DNA of 64,000 nt from Anaerohalosphaeraceae bacterium (GCA_050309605.1 JBNRMN010000001.1:1-64000), one strand, 5' to 3'. Counted from the first letter of the stretch, positions 38,861 to 48,893 are shown. The notes: generated by a model not told the origin, from the sequence alone. Translations and numbers: made by a program.

Positions 38861-40282
38861 ATGAAAATGTATAACGAGATTAAATCAAGACTTGAGAAAA
38901 TCAATCAAACCCACCTGCTGTCGTTTTGGAATGAGCTGAATAAATCGCAGCGAGAGCGGCTGCTGGAGCAGGTTGAGGGGTTGGATTTTTCGCATCTTCC
39001 GGTGTGGGTGGATCGTTATGTGAGAAATGAGTCGCCCGTGGCGGTGCCGACGGCGTTTGAGCCTGCGCCGTCGTACCCGGCTGTGCCGCGTGACGCCGGG
39101 CAGCGGCAGCAATACGACCAGGCAGTTCGGCTGGGCCAGTCGCTGATCCGCGAGGGCAAGGTCGCGGCGTTTGTCGTGGCCGGCGGGCAGGGCACACGGC
39201 TGGGATTTGACGGGCCGAAGGGCAGTTTTCCGATCAGCCCGATCAAGAAAAAGACGTTGTTTCAGCTTTTTGCCGAGTCGCTGCTGGCGGCGTCGAAACA
39301 ATACAACACGACGATTCCCTGGTACATTATGACCAGTCCGCTGAATCATCAGGCGACGGTGGAGATATTTGAGTCGGCGGGGTATTTTGGACTGGACAAA
39401 AAGGATGTGTTTTTGTTTCAACAGGGCACGATGCCCAATTTTGATTTTGACGGAAAAATTCTGCTGGCCGACAAGGATACCCTCGCTTCCAGTCCCGACG
39501 GCCACGGCGGCAGCCTGAAAGCTCTGTATAAGAGCGGAGCGATTGCGGATATGCGGCGGCGCAGCGTGGAGTATATCAGTTATTGGCAGGTCGATAATCC
39601 GCTGGTTCGTACAATAGACCCGCTTTTTATCGGACTGCATGTTCAGGATCGCTCTGAGATGAGTTCCAAGGCGCTGCTGAAGGCCGAGCCGCTGGAAAAA
39701 GTGGGCAACTTTTGTCTGGTTGACGGCAGGGTCACCGTGATTGAATACAGCGACCTGCCGGACGAGCAGGCGCTTCGCCGCAATCCCGACGGGTCGCTGG
39801 TCTTTGAGCTGGGGTCGATCGGGATCCATCTGATTGATGTTGCGTTTGTGGAACAACTGAATCGTGGGGATGATTTTGCCTTGCCGTTTCATCGGGCCGT
39901 CAAAAAGATCCCGCATATCGACGCGGCGGGCCACCCCGTTGAGCCGACAGAACCCAACGGGATAAAACTGGAGACGTTTGTGTTTGACGCGCTGCCGATG
40001 GCCGCGCATTCGATGATTCTGGAAACGATTCGGGCCGAGGAGTTTGCTCCGGTCAAGAATGCTTCCGGCGCTGATAGTCCGGAGGTGACACATCGGATGA
40101 TGGTCGAACGGGCGGCCCAGTGGCTTGAGCAGGCCGGGGTCAAAGTACCGCGCAAGCCCGACGGTTCGCCGGATTGTGTGTTGGAAATTGCGCCGAGATT
40201 TGCACTGTGCGCCGAGGATGTCAGGGACAATGTCGAGCGTATTCCGGAAATTCGGTCGGGCCAGACGCTTTATCTTGAATAA
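38861..40282 (+). CDS. UDPGP-family (eukaryote-like) UDP-N-acetylglucosamine pyrophosphorylase
   Basis: AGGQGTRLGFDGPKG, WYIMTS, SPDGHGG, QVDNPL, VIEYSDL, KLETFVFD, EFAPVKNA. Confidence 0.92.
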   Translation: MKMYNEIKSRLEKINQTHLLSFWNELNKSQRERLLEQVEGLDFSHLPVWVDRYVRNESPVAVPTAFEPAPSYPAVPRDAGQRQQYDQAVRLGQSLIREGKVAAFVVAGGQGTRLGFDGPKGSFPISPIKKKTLFQLFAESLLAASKQYNTTIPWYIMTSPLNHQATVEIFESAGYFGLDKKDVFLFQQGTMPNFDFDGKILLADKDTLASSPDGHGGSLKALYKSGAIADMRRRSVEYISYWQVDNPLVRTIDPLFIGLHVQDRSEMSSKALLKAEPLEKVGNFCLVDGRVTVIEYSDLPDEQALRRNPDGSLVFELGSIGIHLIDVAFVEQLNRGDDFALPFHRAVKKIPHIDAAGHPVEPTEPNGIKLETFVFDALPMAAHSMILETIRAEEFAPVKNASGADSPEVTHRMMVERAAQWLEQAGVKVPRKPDGSPDCVLEIAPRFALCAEDVRDNVERIPEIRSGQTLYLE

Positions 40283-40316
40283 AATCAGGCTTTGGACGGC
40301 CGGGTTGTCGGAATTT

Positions 40317-40950
40317 ATCCGGCTCACTTGCGCCGCTCGGCTATTGTACGATGACGCAACGCACCAGCGCGCGCAATAGCGCGGCACAACAGCGCGGCCG
40401 CGCAAGCGGCCCGATAAGCGATGCGGATGTACCGGGACGTTTTCCAAGACGCCACATGATCCGGCGGCTCGCGCCGCTCGGCTATTGTACGATGACGCAA
40501 CGCACCAGCGCGCGCAATAGCGCGGCACAACAGCGCGGCCGCGCGAGCGGCCCGATAAGCGATGCGGATATACCGGGACGTTTTCCAAGACGCCCGATTA
40601 TCCGGCTCACTTGCGCCGCTCGGCTATTGTACGATGACGCAACGCACCAGCGCGCGCAATAGCGCGGCACAACAGCGCGGCCGCGCAAGCGGCCCGATAA
40701 GCGATGCGGATATACCGGGGCGTTTTTCCAAGACGCCCGATGATCCGGCGGCTCGCGCCGCTCGGCTATTGTACGATGACGCAACGCACCAGCGCGCGCA
40801 ACAGCGCGGCACATCAGCGCGGCCGCGCGAGCGGCCCGATATGGGATACGGATAGATGGGACGTTTTTCCAAGACGCCCGATTATCCGGCCGCTTGCGCG
40901 GCTCGGCTATTGTTACGTATCGCCATCCGGCTCACTTGCGCGGCTCGGCT
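40317..40950 (+). repeat. Tandem array of four ~142-bp hairpin units plus two partial motifs (REP/BIME-like, locus 3)
   Basis: ATCCGGC unit starts at 40317, 40459, 40600, 40743, 40884 and 40925. Confidence 0.92.
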
Positions 40951-41122
40951 GGTGTTTGGGTGGGGGCTGGTGTGGTGAACAGACAGTGTTCAGAATCCTT
41001 GCGCCGGTTGGGCATCGCACGAGGGGGGCTGTTCGGTCATTTTGTGAAGATTTCCGCATTTTTAGCCGCATAAATCAACATTTTGCCTGTTTGACTTTTT
41101 GATTTCACACGGCAATCCCGTA

Positions 41123-41139
41123 TTGGCACAAATGTTGCT
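41123..41139 (+). promoter_or_regulatory. sigma54 (-24/-12) promoter of the flgB operon
   Basis: TTGGCACaaatgTTGCT with canonical GG-N10-GC spacing. Confidence 0.8.
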
Positions 41140-41181
41140 TGTCTTTGGTTGTGTAATAGTATTTTTGCCAAAGGTGTGCGT

Positions 41182-41538
41182 ATGGTACAGGATTCGAACA
41201 TATTGGGATTGCTGGAAGCAGGGCTTCGTGCCGAGGGTCTGCGTCAGCAGGCCGTCGCCAATAACATCGCCAACCTTCAGACCAACGGGTATCGCCGGGT
41301 GGATGTCAATTTTGAGGCGGTACTGAATAAAGCCCTCAAAGGACAGACGCTGCTGAAGCCGAATACGCTCGAGATTGATCTGTACCAGACCCGCAATACG
41401 CCGATCAACGTCAACGGCAGTGATGTGAGTCTGGATTCAGAGGTCGGCGAGATGATAAAAAATTCGATTCGCCATCGGACCTATGCCCTGCTGATGAAAA
41501 AACGGTATCAGCAGATGGATGCGGCGATGCGGACGTGA
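41182..41538 (+). CDS. flgB: Flagellar basal-body rod protein FlgB
   Basis: RQQAVANNIANLQTNGYRRVDVNF; first gene of the operon. Confidence 0.9.
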   Translation: MVQDSNILGLLEAGLRAEGLRQQAVANNIANLQTNGYRRVDVNFEAVLNKALKGQTLLKPNTLEIDLYQTRNTPINVNGSDVSLDSEVGEMIKNSIRHRTYALLMKKRYQQMDAAMRT

Positions 41539-41636
41539 ATTCCGAATTCCGAATTCCGAATTTAGAATTTGGAATTTAGGGTAGAGCCGTCGGGATTTTG
41601 TATTGAAGTGATTGCAGACAGAAAAGGATTTTCAGG

Positions 41637-42044
41637 ATGCGTGTGGAATCAGGGATGTTCGGAACAATCGATATTGCGGTGTCGGGGCTTCGTGCCTCGA
41701 ACAAGCAGATGGAAGTGGTCGGCTCGAATATCGCCAACATTCAGACGACCGACGCGGGCGACGGCCGGCCGTACCGCCGGCTGATTGCCGAATTCAAAAC
41801 CCCTAAGGACGGCCCCGGCGGGGTTGAAGTGTCGGACATTATTCAGGATATGAGCGATTTTCAGCGGGTCCTTAATCCGGGTCATCCGGCGGCGGACGAA
41901 AACGGGTACGTGGCCATGCCGAACGTGGATTGGCCGACTGAGATGATCACGCTGAATCTGGCCAGCCGTACCTATCAGGCCAATGCGGCTATTTTGAAAC
42001 GCTATCAAAAAATGGTGGAATCGAGTCTGGAACTTTTGAGATAA
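41637..42044 (+). CDS. flgC: Flagellar basal-body rod protein FlgC
   Basis: NIANIQTT…PYRR, PGHPAADENGYVAMPNV, ASRTYQAN. Confidence 0.93.
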   Translation: MRVESGMFGTIDIAVSGLRASNKQMEVVGSNIANIQTTDAGDGRPYRRLIAEFKTPKDGPGGVEVSDIIQDMSDFQRVLNPGHPAADENGYVAMPNVDWPTEMITLNLASRTYQANAAILKRYQKMVESSLELLR

Positions 42045-42054
42045 GGATATCGCA

Positions 42055-42366
42055 ATGACGGTTCAGTTTAATCCTCAACTCAACAGCGTGTACGGCGCCG
42101 GACAGGCGTCGTTTACGCCTCGACCCCACGAGGGCGGCCCGTCGCAGGGCGACTTTGCCAAGGCGATCAAACAATCTCTGGACAACGTCAATCAGGATCA
42201 GCACGAGGCCAATGCGTCCATCGTGGATTTGCTCAGCGGCAAGGAGCAGGATGTCAATACGGTGGTGGCCAGTGTGGCCAAAGCGGATATGAGCTTCAAA
42301 ATGCTGGTCGGTGTCCGCAACAAGCTGGTGGAAGCCTATAAAGAAACGATGCGAATGCAGATTTAG
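42055..42366 (+). CDS. fliE: Hook-basal body complex protein FliE
   Basis: KADMSF…VRNKLVEAYKETMRMQI. Confidence 0.93.
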   Translation: MTVQFNPQLNSVYGAGQASFTPRPHEGGPSQGDFAKAIKQSLDNVNQDQHEANASIVDLLSGKEQDVNTVVASVAKADMSFKMLVGVRNKLVEAYKETMRMQI

Positions 42367-42420
42367 GCCGGAAAACGACAAGTCAGCGATTTGACAGGAA
42401 CGGGTTGGCCTGGTTAACAC

Positions 42421-43950
42421 ATGGGATTTTTTCAGAACATTAACGCGGTCTGGCAGAAAATCGGTTTGATGCAGCGTGCGCTGCTGGCGGCGATTGTGCT
42501 GGCCTGTGTGATTACGGGCGTTCTGCTGACCCAGTGGGCGACGCGGCCGGAGATGCGCATGCTGTACGGCAATCTGGACATTGAGGAATCGTCGCGCATC
42601 GCCGAGAAGCTCAGCGAAAGCAATGTCCCTTATGAAATCCGAAACGAGGGGCGCAACCTGTTTGTACCGGCCAACCAGCTTTATACCCTTCGTGCGTCGC
42701 TGGCGCGGGACGGGCTGGTCCCGCGCAGCGGGGAGCCGGGATATGAAATCTTTGACAATGAGAAAATCGGCGTCAGCCCGTTGGTGCAGCGAATGAACTA
42801 CAACCGTGCCCTGCAGGGAGAACTGGCCAAGACGATTCAGGTCTTCGACGGCGTCGAATTTGCGCGGGTGCATATCGTGCGTCCGGAACAAACGATGTTT
42901 ACGACCGACGGGGAAAAAGCCAGCGCGTCGGTGATGGTGCGTCTTCGTCCGGGCTTTCAGCTCAGTGCGACGACCATCACGGCGATACAAAATCTGGTTG
43001 CCGGGGCGGTTGAGGGGCTGGGGCCGGAACAGGTGACCCTGGCCGACAGTCAGGGGCGGATGCTGAACAATCGCAACCACAGCGACCCGGTAGTCGGCGG
43101 CGCTTCGACCTACAAAGATTACAAAGCGTCGGTCGAACAGGATATGACCGACCGGCTGATGCGTTCGCTCGAGACGGTGCTGGGCGCGGGACGCGCGACG
43201 GTTATTACCAATGTGATGCTGGATATGACCCAGGAAACCATGGTCAGCACGACCTATGAAAAAGGGATTCCTCTGGAAGAGACCATCGACGAGACCTCAA
43301 CGACTCAGGACGGACTGACCGATGAAGAAGGGCGCGTCACGGCGCCGGGCAGTATGGAGCGCACCGGCAGTACAGTCAGTAAGTATAAATTGCCCGAAAC
43401 TCGGACCACCCGCACGACGGTGCCGGGGCGGATTACCGGATGGTCGATTTCGGTCGTGGCGGATTTAAGCCGGCCGGCGCCGAAGGCCGACAGCGAGGAC
43501 GATGTGCCGAGCGGTGCGGCGGATTTGCTGATGACCGAGGACGATGTCAAACAGATTGTGCGTACCGCGATCGGGCCGGAACTGCTCAAAGAAGAACATT
43601 TGACGGTCAAGCATGTGCCGTTTGTGCGGGCTGTGCCGATGGCGCAGGAATCGGGCTTGTGGGTGGAACAGTTGGATCGCTATATGGATCTGGTGCGGCA
43701 GTCGTCGCTGGGAGTGATGGCCGTCTGCGCTCTGCTGGCGCTGAAGATTGTCACGCGTGCAGGAGCCAAGGCGGCGTCCGAAAATGCTGCGGCAAATCAA
43801 CTGGCCGGCGCCGGCGCCCTGGCCCCGCTGCCGTCCGCATCGGACGAGGAGATATTAAAGACGATTCGGCAGCAAATCAATACGCAACTCCGTGAGAATC
43901 CCGAACAGGTGCGGCAGTTGTTCGCGTCATGGTTGACGGAGGATCGGTAA
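42421..43950 (+). CDS. fliF: MS-ring protein FliF
   Basis: TM helix; GYEIFD, RALQGELAKTI, ARVHIV, ASASVMV, LVAGAVEGL; C-terminal NPEQV…WL. Confidence 0.92.
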   Translation: MGFFQNINAVWQKIGLMQRALLAAIVLACVITGVLLTQWATRPEMRMLYGNLDIEESSRIAEKLSESNVPYEIRNEGRNLFVPANQLYTLRASLARDGLVPRSGEPGYEIFDNEKIGVSPLVQRMNYNRALQGELAKTIQVFDGVEFARVHIVRPEQTMFTTDGEKASASVMVRLRPGFQLSATTITAIQNLVAGAVEGLGPEQVTLADSQGRMLNNRNHSDPVVGGASTYKDYKASVEQDMTDRLMRSLETVLGAGRATVITNVMLDMTQETMVSTTYEKGIPLEETIDETSTTQDGLTDEEGRVTAPGSMERTGSTVSKYKLPETRTTRTTVPGRITGWSISVVADLSRPAPKADSEDDVPSGAADLLMTEDDVKQIVRTAIGPELLKEEHLTVKHVPFVRAVPMAQESGLWVEQLDRYMDLVRQSSLGVMAVCALLALKIVTRAGAKAASENAAANQLAGAGALAPLPSASDEEILKTIRQQINTQLRENPEQVRQLFASWLTEDR

Positions 43951-44970
43951 ATGGCGTTTAAGGGAATACAAAAGGCGGCGATGCTGTTGACGATGCTGGA
44001 TTCGTCCACCGCGACGGAATTGCTAAGAGATGTGCCCCAGGAAGTGATTCAAAAAATCGCCATGGAATTATCGCATCTGGATGCGCGAAAAGAAAAAGAC
44101 GACGATCTGTTTATTCATGCAGCGCGTGAATTCTATAATGAACTGATGAAGAGCCAAAGCGGATCACTGCATGTCAAAAGTTTTGTCAACTCGCTGCTTC
44201 AGGGAGCGGTGGGGACGAAAGAAAAGGCCGTCGAGATGCAAAAGCGGATCAAAGAAGCAATGATCGAAAAAGATCCGTTTTTGGCGTTGTCATCGGCTTC
44301 GCCGATTCAATTGGCTGCGGCGCTGGAAGATGAGCCGCCTCAGGCGATTGCGGTGGTGCTCTCGTCGCTTCCGTCGAAGCTGACGACCGAGGTGCTGGTG
44401 CGTCTGGACGAGGACAAATGCCGACAGACGATCTGGCGGATGACACAGCCGAATGATGTGTCGTCGAAAACCATACGCCGGATCGGCGAGGTGGTCTGTA
44501 AACGGCTGATGGAGATGAACTCCGAAGAGGGGACGCCGGTCAATGAAAATATGTCAAGAGATTCACTCCGTCGGGTGGCCATTGTGTTGAGCGGACTGGA
44601 AAAAGAGAGACGCGACGCACTGCTCGGAGTCATCCAGGATCGCGACAGCGATACCGCGACGCTGGTGCGTTCGCTGATGGTCACGTGGGATGATATTATC
44701 AAGATTGAAGACCGATCATTGCAGCAGACGCTGCGCAGCGTTGAGCCGACGGTGCTGGCCAAGGCGCTGCACGGCGCCGAAACGATCATCCGGGACAAGA
44801 TTATGTCCAATATTTCCGAACGAATGAAGGAAATGATCGAAGAAGAGGCTTCACTGATGGGCGAACCGCGCAAGAAAGATGTGATCGCCGCGCGGGAACA
44901 GGTGGCGCTGCCGCTTCGGGAAGCCAATGAAACGGGCGAGTTGTTGTTCATTGAGGAGGAGGAAGTTTAG
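43951..44970 (+). CDS. fliG: Rotor protein FliG
   Basis: GIQKAAMLL; EPPQ in place of EHPQ; DRSLQ; NISER…EEE…R torque helix. Confidence 0.9.
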   Translation: MAFKGIQKAAMLLTMLDSSTATELLRDVPQEVIQKIAMELSHLDARKEKDDDLFIHAAREFYNELMKSQSGSLHVKSFVNSLLQGAVGTKEKAVEMQKRIKEAMIEKDPFLALSSASPIQLAAALEDEPPQAIAVVLSSLPSKLTTEVLVRLDEDKCRQTIWRMTQPNDVSSKTIRRIGEVVCKRLMEMNSEEGTPVNENMSRDSLRRVAIVLSGLEKERRDALLGVIQDRDSDTATLVRSLMVTWDDIIKIEDRSLQQTLRSVEPTVLAKALHGAETIIRDKIMSNISERMKEMIEEEASLMGEPRKKDVIAAREQVALPLREANETGELLFIEEEEV

Positions 44971-44973
44971 ACG

Positions 44974-45528
44974 ATGCCGCGCGATACGCTGTTCACCATC
45001 CAGGCGCCTGTTCGCTCCGTTGAACTGCTGGACAGGCGGCAGATCGAAGAGGCCGCCCGCCGGAAAGCGGCGGCTGCTCGGACGGAGCAGGCCCGCCGTC
45101 AACTGGAACAGGCCTGCGGCGCGTTGAGCAAAGCGGCGATGGAACTGGACGCGTATTGTGCGTCTCTGTTTGCCTCGCAGCAAGAGCAGATTGTCCGATT
45201 CAGTCTTGAGATTGCGGCGCGGGTGCTGGCCAAGGAGACGGCCGAGAGAAACTACGCCGTCGAAAAAATCGTGACCGAGGCGCTGCAGTCGGCGCCGCCG
45301 GCCAAACAATTGACGATTCGGTTAAACCCCGATGACGTGAAGGCATTTGAACAGGCCGCCGGCGAACAGGGGTTCGGTCTTCCGCCGAATGTGGAACTGG
45401 CCGCGGATTGGTCGGTCAATCCGGCCGAGTGCCGTATTGACAGTGAACTGGGAATCGTCGAATCGATGATTGAAGATCGATTGCGGCAAATCGAGCAGGC
45501 TTTGCTCGGATCGGAGCCGTCCGAATAA
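44974..45528 (+). CDS. fliH: FliH/SctL-family protein (short, 184 aa)
   Basis: IRLNPDD, CRIDSELGIV; lies between fliG and fliI. Confidence 0.8.
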   Translation: MPRDTLFTIQAPVRSVELLDRRQIEEAARRKAAAARTEQARRQLEQACGALSKAAMELDAYCASLFASQQEQIVRFSLEIAARVLAKETAERNYAVEKIVTEALQSAPPAKQLTIRLNPDDVKAFEQAAGEQGFGLPPNVELAADWSVNPAECRIDSELGIVESMIEDRLRQIEQALLGSEPSE

Positions 45529-45531
45529 GCG

Positions 45532-46923
45532 ATGAAATCATCCGGCGTACAAATTGATTTTGAGCCGTTTTACGCGGCGCTGAAGCAGACGCCGCTGGTG
45601 CGGCACCGCGGTGTGGTCACGCATGTCAGCGGCCTGACGGTTGAAAGCAGCGGTCCGAATGTGGGACTGGGCCAGCTCTGTCAAATCACACTGCACGACG
45701 GAAGGCACGTCCAGGCCGAGGTCATTGGTTTTCGTCGGGGGGAGTTGATTTTGCTGCCGCTGGATGCGGTGGACGGGATTCGTCCGGGCGATACGGTCAC
45801 GGCGCTGAATCAGCCCCGCCGGGTGGCGCTGGATGAACGCATTATCGGTCGCGTTCTGGACGGCCTGGGCAATCCGATTGACGAACGCGGGCCGCTGAAA
45901 GGTCGTGTGATGCGCCCGATAGACAACGTCAGCCCCGCCCCGCTGGGCCGTGAGATGATTCGTGAGCCGCTGCCGCTGGGGATTCGGGCGATTGACGGAC
46001 TGCTGACCTGCGGCAAAGGACAGCGGATGGGGGTGTTTTCCGGCAGCGGGGTGGGCAAGAGCGTGCTGCTGGGCGAGATTGCCAACGGCAGTGATGCCGA
46101 TGTGAATGTGGTGGCGCTGGTCGGCGAGCGGGGGCGCGAGGTGCGGGAGTTTCTGGAAAAAGATCTCGGCCCGGAAGGGGTCGCGCGGAGCGTCATCGTC
46201 GTGGCCACGTCGGATGCGGCGGCCATTCAGCGGGTCAAGGCGGCGTTTGTGGCGGCGACGATTGCCGAGTATTTTCGCGACCAGGGCAAGGACGTGCTGT
46301 TTATGATGGATTCGCTGACGCGACTGGCTCAGGCGCAGCGCGAGGTGGGGCTTGCGGCCGGCGAGCCGCCGGCGACCAAAGGATATTGTCCGAGCGTCTT
46401 TGCGCTGCTGCCGAGGCTGGTTGAGCGGCTCGGATGCAATGAGCGCGGCAGCATCACGGGCATTTTAACGGTGCTGGCCGAAGGGGACGACCTGAACGAC
46501 CCGGTCGCCGACAGTGCCCGGTCGCTGCTGGACGGCCATATCGTGCTGTCGCGCAAGCTGGCCGACCGCGGGCATTATCCGGCGATTGACATCCTGCAAA
46601 GCGTCAGCCGGCTGATGAATACGGTCGCGACGCCGGCGCATCGCCGGGCGGCGCTGGCGCTGCGGGAGATTTATGCGATTTATGCGGATGCGGAGGATTT
46701 GATTTCAATCGGCGCGTTCGTGCCGGGCAGCAATAAGCGCATTGACGGTGCGGTGGCGCTGATTGAGCGGATTCGGCAATTTCTGATTCAGCCGATACGC
46801 CGGCGCAGCTCGTTTGATGAGACGATCAGACAGCTTGAAAGCATTGTGCAGGCATGGAATGACTTGTTGGGAATGCCGCGCTCCGGGGCGAACGACAGCG
46901 CCGGTCCGGTGCAGCAGGCATAA
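45532..46923 (+). CDS. fliI: Export ATPase FliI
   Basis: GSGVGKS, ALVGERGREV, MDSLTRLAQAQREVGL, GEPP, LDGHIVLSR. Confidence 0.96.
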   Translation: MKSSGVQIDFEPFYAALKQTPLVRHRGVVTHVSGLTVESSGPNVGLGQLCQITLHDGRHVQAEVIGFRRGELILLPLDAVDGIRPGDTVTALNQPRRVALDERIIGRVLDGLGNPIDERGPLKGRVMRPIDNVSPAPLGREMIREPLPLGIRAIDGLLTCGKGQRMGVFSGSGVGKSVLLGEIANGSDADVNVVALVGERGREVREFLEKDLGPEGVARSVIVVATSDAAAIQRVKAAFVAATIAEYFRDQGKDVLFMMDSLTRLAQAQREVGLAAGEPPATKGYCPSVFALLPRLVERLGCNERGSITGILTVLAEGDDLNDPVADSARSLLDGHIVLSRKLADRGHYPAIDILQSVSRLMNTVATPAHRRAALALREIYAIYADAEDLISIGAFVPGSNKRIDGAVALIERIRQFLIQPIRRRSSFDETIRQLESIVQAWNDLLGMPRSGANDSAGPVQQA

Positions 46924-46935
46924 GGACGGGCGGCG

Positions 46936-47388
46936 ATGCAAAAGTTCAGATGGCGACTGCAGCGGCTGCTGGATGTGCGGCAAAAACAGCAAGACGCTCT
47001 GCGAGCCGAGTTGATTGCGTTGACTGAACAGACGACGGCACTGCGGGGGCGAATCCTGATGGAAAAAGCGATGCTCCGCAGCCGATTGAGCGAATTGCGG
47101 GCACTGGAGCCGGATCGACGGCTCAGCCGACAGCAGGAATTTATGACGTATGTGTCGGCGGTGGACGGCCGGCTCGCGGCGCTGGGGCGGAAATTGAGCG
47201 AGTTGGAACAGAAACGAAAGGAAAAAGTCGAGGCCATGACGGCGGCACGAAAGAGCCGTAAGGTGCTCGAACGTCTTCGAGAGCGCGCGATGGAGGCATA
47301 CGACCGCCGCGTTCACGCGGAAGAACGCACTGCCGAAGACGAGAGTACCCAGGCCGCCGTTGCCCGACGCATTTTGGGATTGAGTTAA
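46936..47388 (+). CDS. fliJ: Export protein FliJ
   Basis: FRWRLQRLLDVR, coiled coil, KVLERLRE; follows fliI. Confidence 0.82.
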   Translation: MQKFRWRLQRLLDVRQKQQDALRAELIALTEQTTALRGRILMEKAMLRSRLSELRALEPDRRLSRQQEFMTYVSAVDGRLAALGRKLSELEQKRKEKVEAMTAARKSRKVLERLRERAMEAYDRRVHAEERTAEDESTQAAVARRILGLS

Positions 47389-47422
47389 CGACAGCCGTTT
47401 TATAAACGGAGGTACCGAACGT

Positions 47423-48118
47423 ATGAAAAAGTATCAGATTATCGTGATGGTTGCGCTGGGCGCGTTCAGTTTTGCGGCCAGTTTTGGATTGAACTGGTTC
47501 AGAAAGCAGAAAGCCGCTGATGCCGCCGTCCTGCCGCAGGACCCGCCGACCTCCGAGACGACCGCCGGTCCGAGCGCTCAGCGCGCCGCCTTGGCCCCGG
47601 AAATATCCACTCGGTACGGGCCGCAGGACATCGATGAACAGATGGGGCTGACCGAACGGCAATTGCAGCACTTGATTTATGATGTGCGCGAGAAAATGAA
47701 CGAATACAATCGACGAGAAAGGGAACTGGCCGAGGAAGCGGCGCGGCTTGAGCTGGTACGGCAAAGCCTTCAGGAGGACATTGAGCAACTCAACGAACTG
47801 CGCGAAACACTGGATATGAAGCTGGCGGCGATCAACGAAAAAGAGGAGCAAATCCGCAACACCCTCATTGCCGTTGAAGAGGTTGAGCGGGTCAATCTTG
47901 AGCGCCTTGGAGCGACTTACGACAAAATGGACGCCGTCCAGGCCGGCACAATAATGGTGAATATGGCGGCCAACAATCAGCTTCAGGATGTGGTCAAGAT
48001 TCTGTACTATATGAATGAACGGAATGCCGCTCGTGTGCTGGGCCAGATCGGTTCGACGCGGCCGGAAGTGGCCAGTGTGCTGAGCCTGCAGCTTAAACGG
48101 GTGCAGGAAGGAGAATAA
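47423..48118 (+). CDS. MotE/FlbB-like membrane-anchored coiled-coil protein
   Basis: N-terminal anchor, coiled coil, YDKMDAVQAG…MNERNAARVL (MgtE_N-like). Confidence 0.7.
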   Translation: MKKYQIIVMVALGAFSFAASFGLNWFRKQKAADAAVLPQDPPTSETTAGPSAQRAALAPEISTRYGPQDIDEQMGLTERQLQHLIYDVREKMNEYNRRERELAEEAARLELVRQSLQEDIEQLNELRETLDMKLAAINEKEEQIRNTLIAVEEVERVNLERLGATYDKMDAVQAGTIMVNMAANNQLQDVVKILYYMNERNAARVLGQIGSTRPEVASVLSLQLKRVQEGE

Positions 48119-48122
48119 TACG

Positions 48123-48893
48123 ATGGATATTGCAACAGTCGTCGGTCTGTTTTTGGGGTTTTTGGTCATTGTCGTAGCCATTACAATGGGCGGCGGTGCA
48201 CTGATATTTGTCCATGTGCCGTCGATGTGCATTGTGGTAGGGGGGATGCTGTGTTCGGTTCTGATTCATTTTTCGCTCAAGCAGTTTTTGAGCATTTTCA
48301 ATGTCGTCAAAAAGACGTTTATGACCAAAGTTCCCAGCCCGAATGAAATCATTCGCCAAATGGTCAACTATGCCGCCATCAGTCGGCGCGACGGTGCGCT
48401 GGCGCTGGAAGAGCAAATTCGCCGAGTGGACAATGCCTTTATGGTCAAGGGCCTTCAGATGCTGGTGGACGGGCAGGAGGAAGAGATGATTCGCGGATTG
48501 ATGGCGCTTGAGATTGAAAACCTTCAGGATCGCCACGCCAACGGCAAGAAGATTCTGGAATTTATGGGGGCCTCGGCGCCGGCGTTCGGAATGATCGGCA
48601 CGCTGATCGGTCTGGTGCAGATGCTGCAAAACCTCAGTTCCCCCGAACAGATCGGCTCCGGGATGGCGGTGGCCCTGATTACGACGTTTTACGGCGCGCT
48701 GTTGGCGAATCTGGTGTTTATCCCGCTGGCGGGCAAACTGGGCATGTATTCCCGGGCCGAGTCGCTGGCGATGGAGATGATTGTCGAAGGAATCTGCACA
48801 ATCAGCCGCGGCGAAAATCCGACGGTGGTCCGTGAAAAAATGCAGGCGTTTATCTCTCCGACGCATCGAGAAGAAGTCAAGGCGACGATCTGA
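48123..48893 (+). CDS. motA: Stator protein MotA/PomA
   Basis: MDIATVVG, RRDGALALE, APAFGMIGTLIGL, ALITTFYG, GENP. Confidence 0.95.
   Translation: MDIATVVGLFLGFLVIVVAITMGGGALIFVHVPSMCIVVGGMLCSVLIHFSLKQFLSIFNVVKKTFMTKVPSPNEIIRQMVNYAAISRRDGALALEEQIRRVDNAFMVKGLQMLVDGQEEEMIRGLMALEIENLQDRHANGKKILEFMGASAPAFGMIGTLIGLVQMLQNLSSPEQIGSGMAVALITTFYGALLANLVFIPLAGKLGMYSRAESLAMEMIVEGICTISRGENPTVVREKMQAFISPTHREEVKATI

Noticed and set aside
40317..40950. Possible CRISPR array
   Set aside because: Units are ~142 bp and nearly identical along their whole length, with no unique spacers and no cas genes recognised
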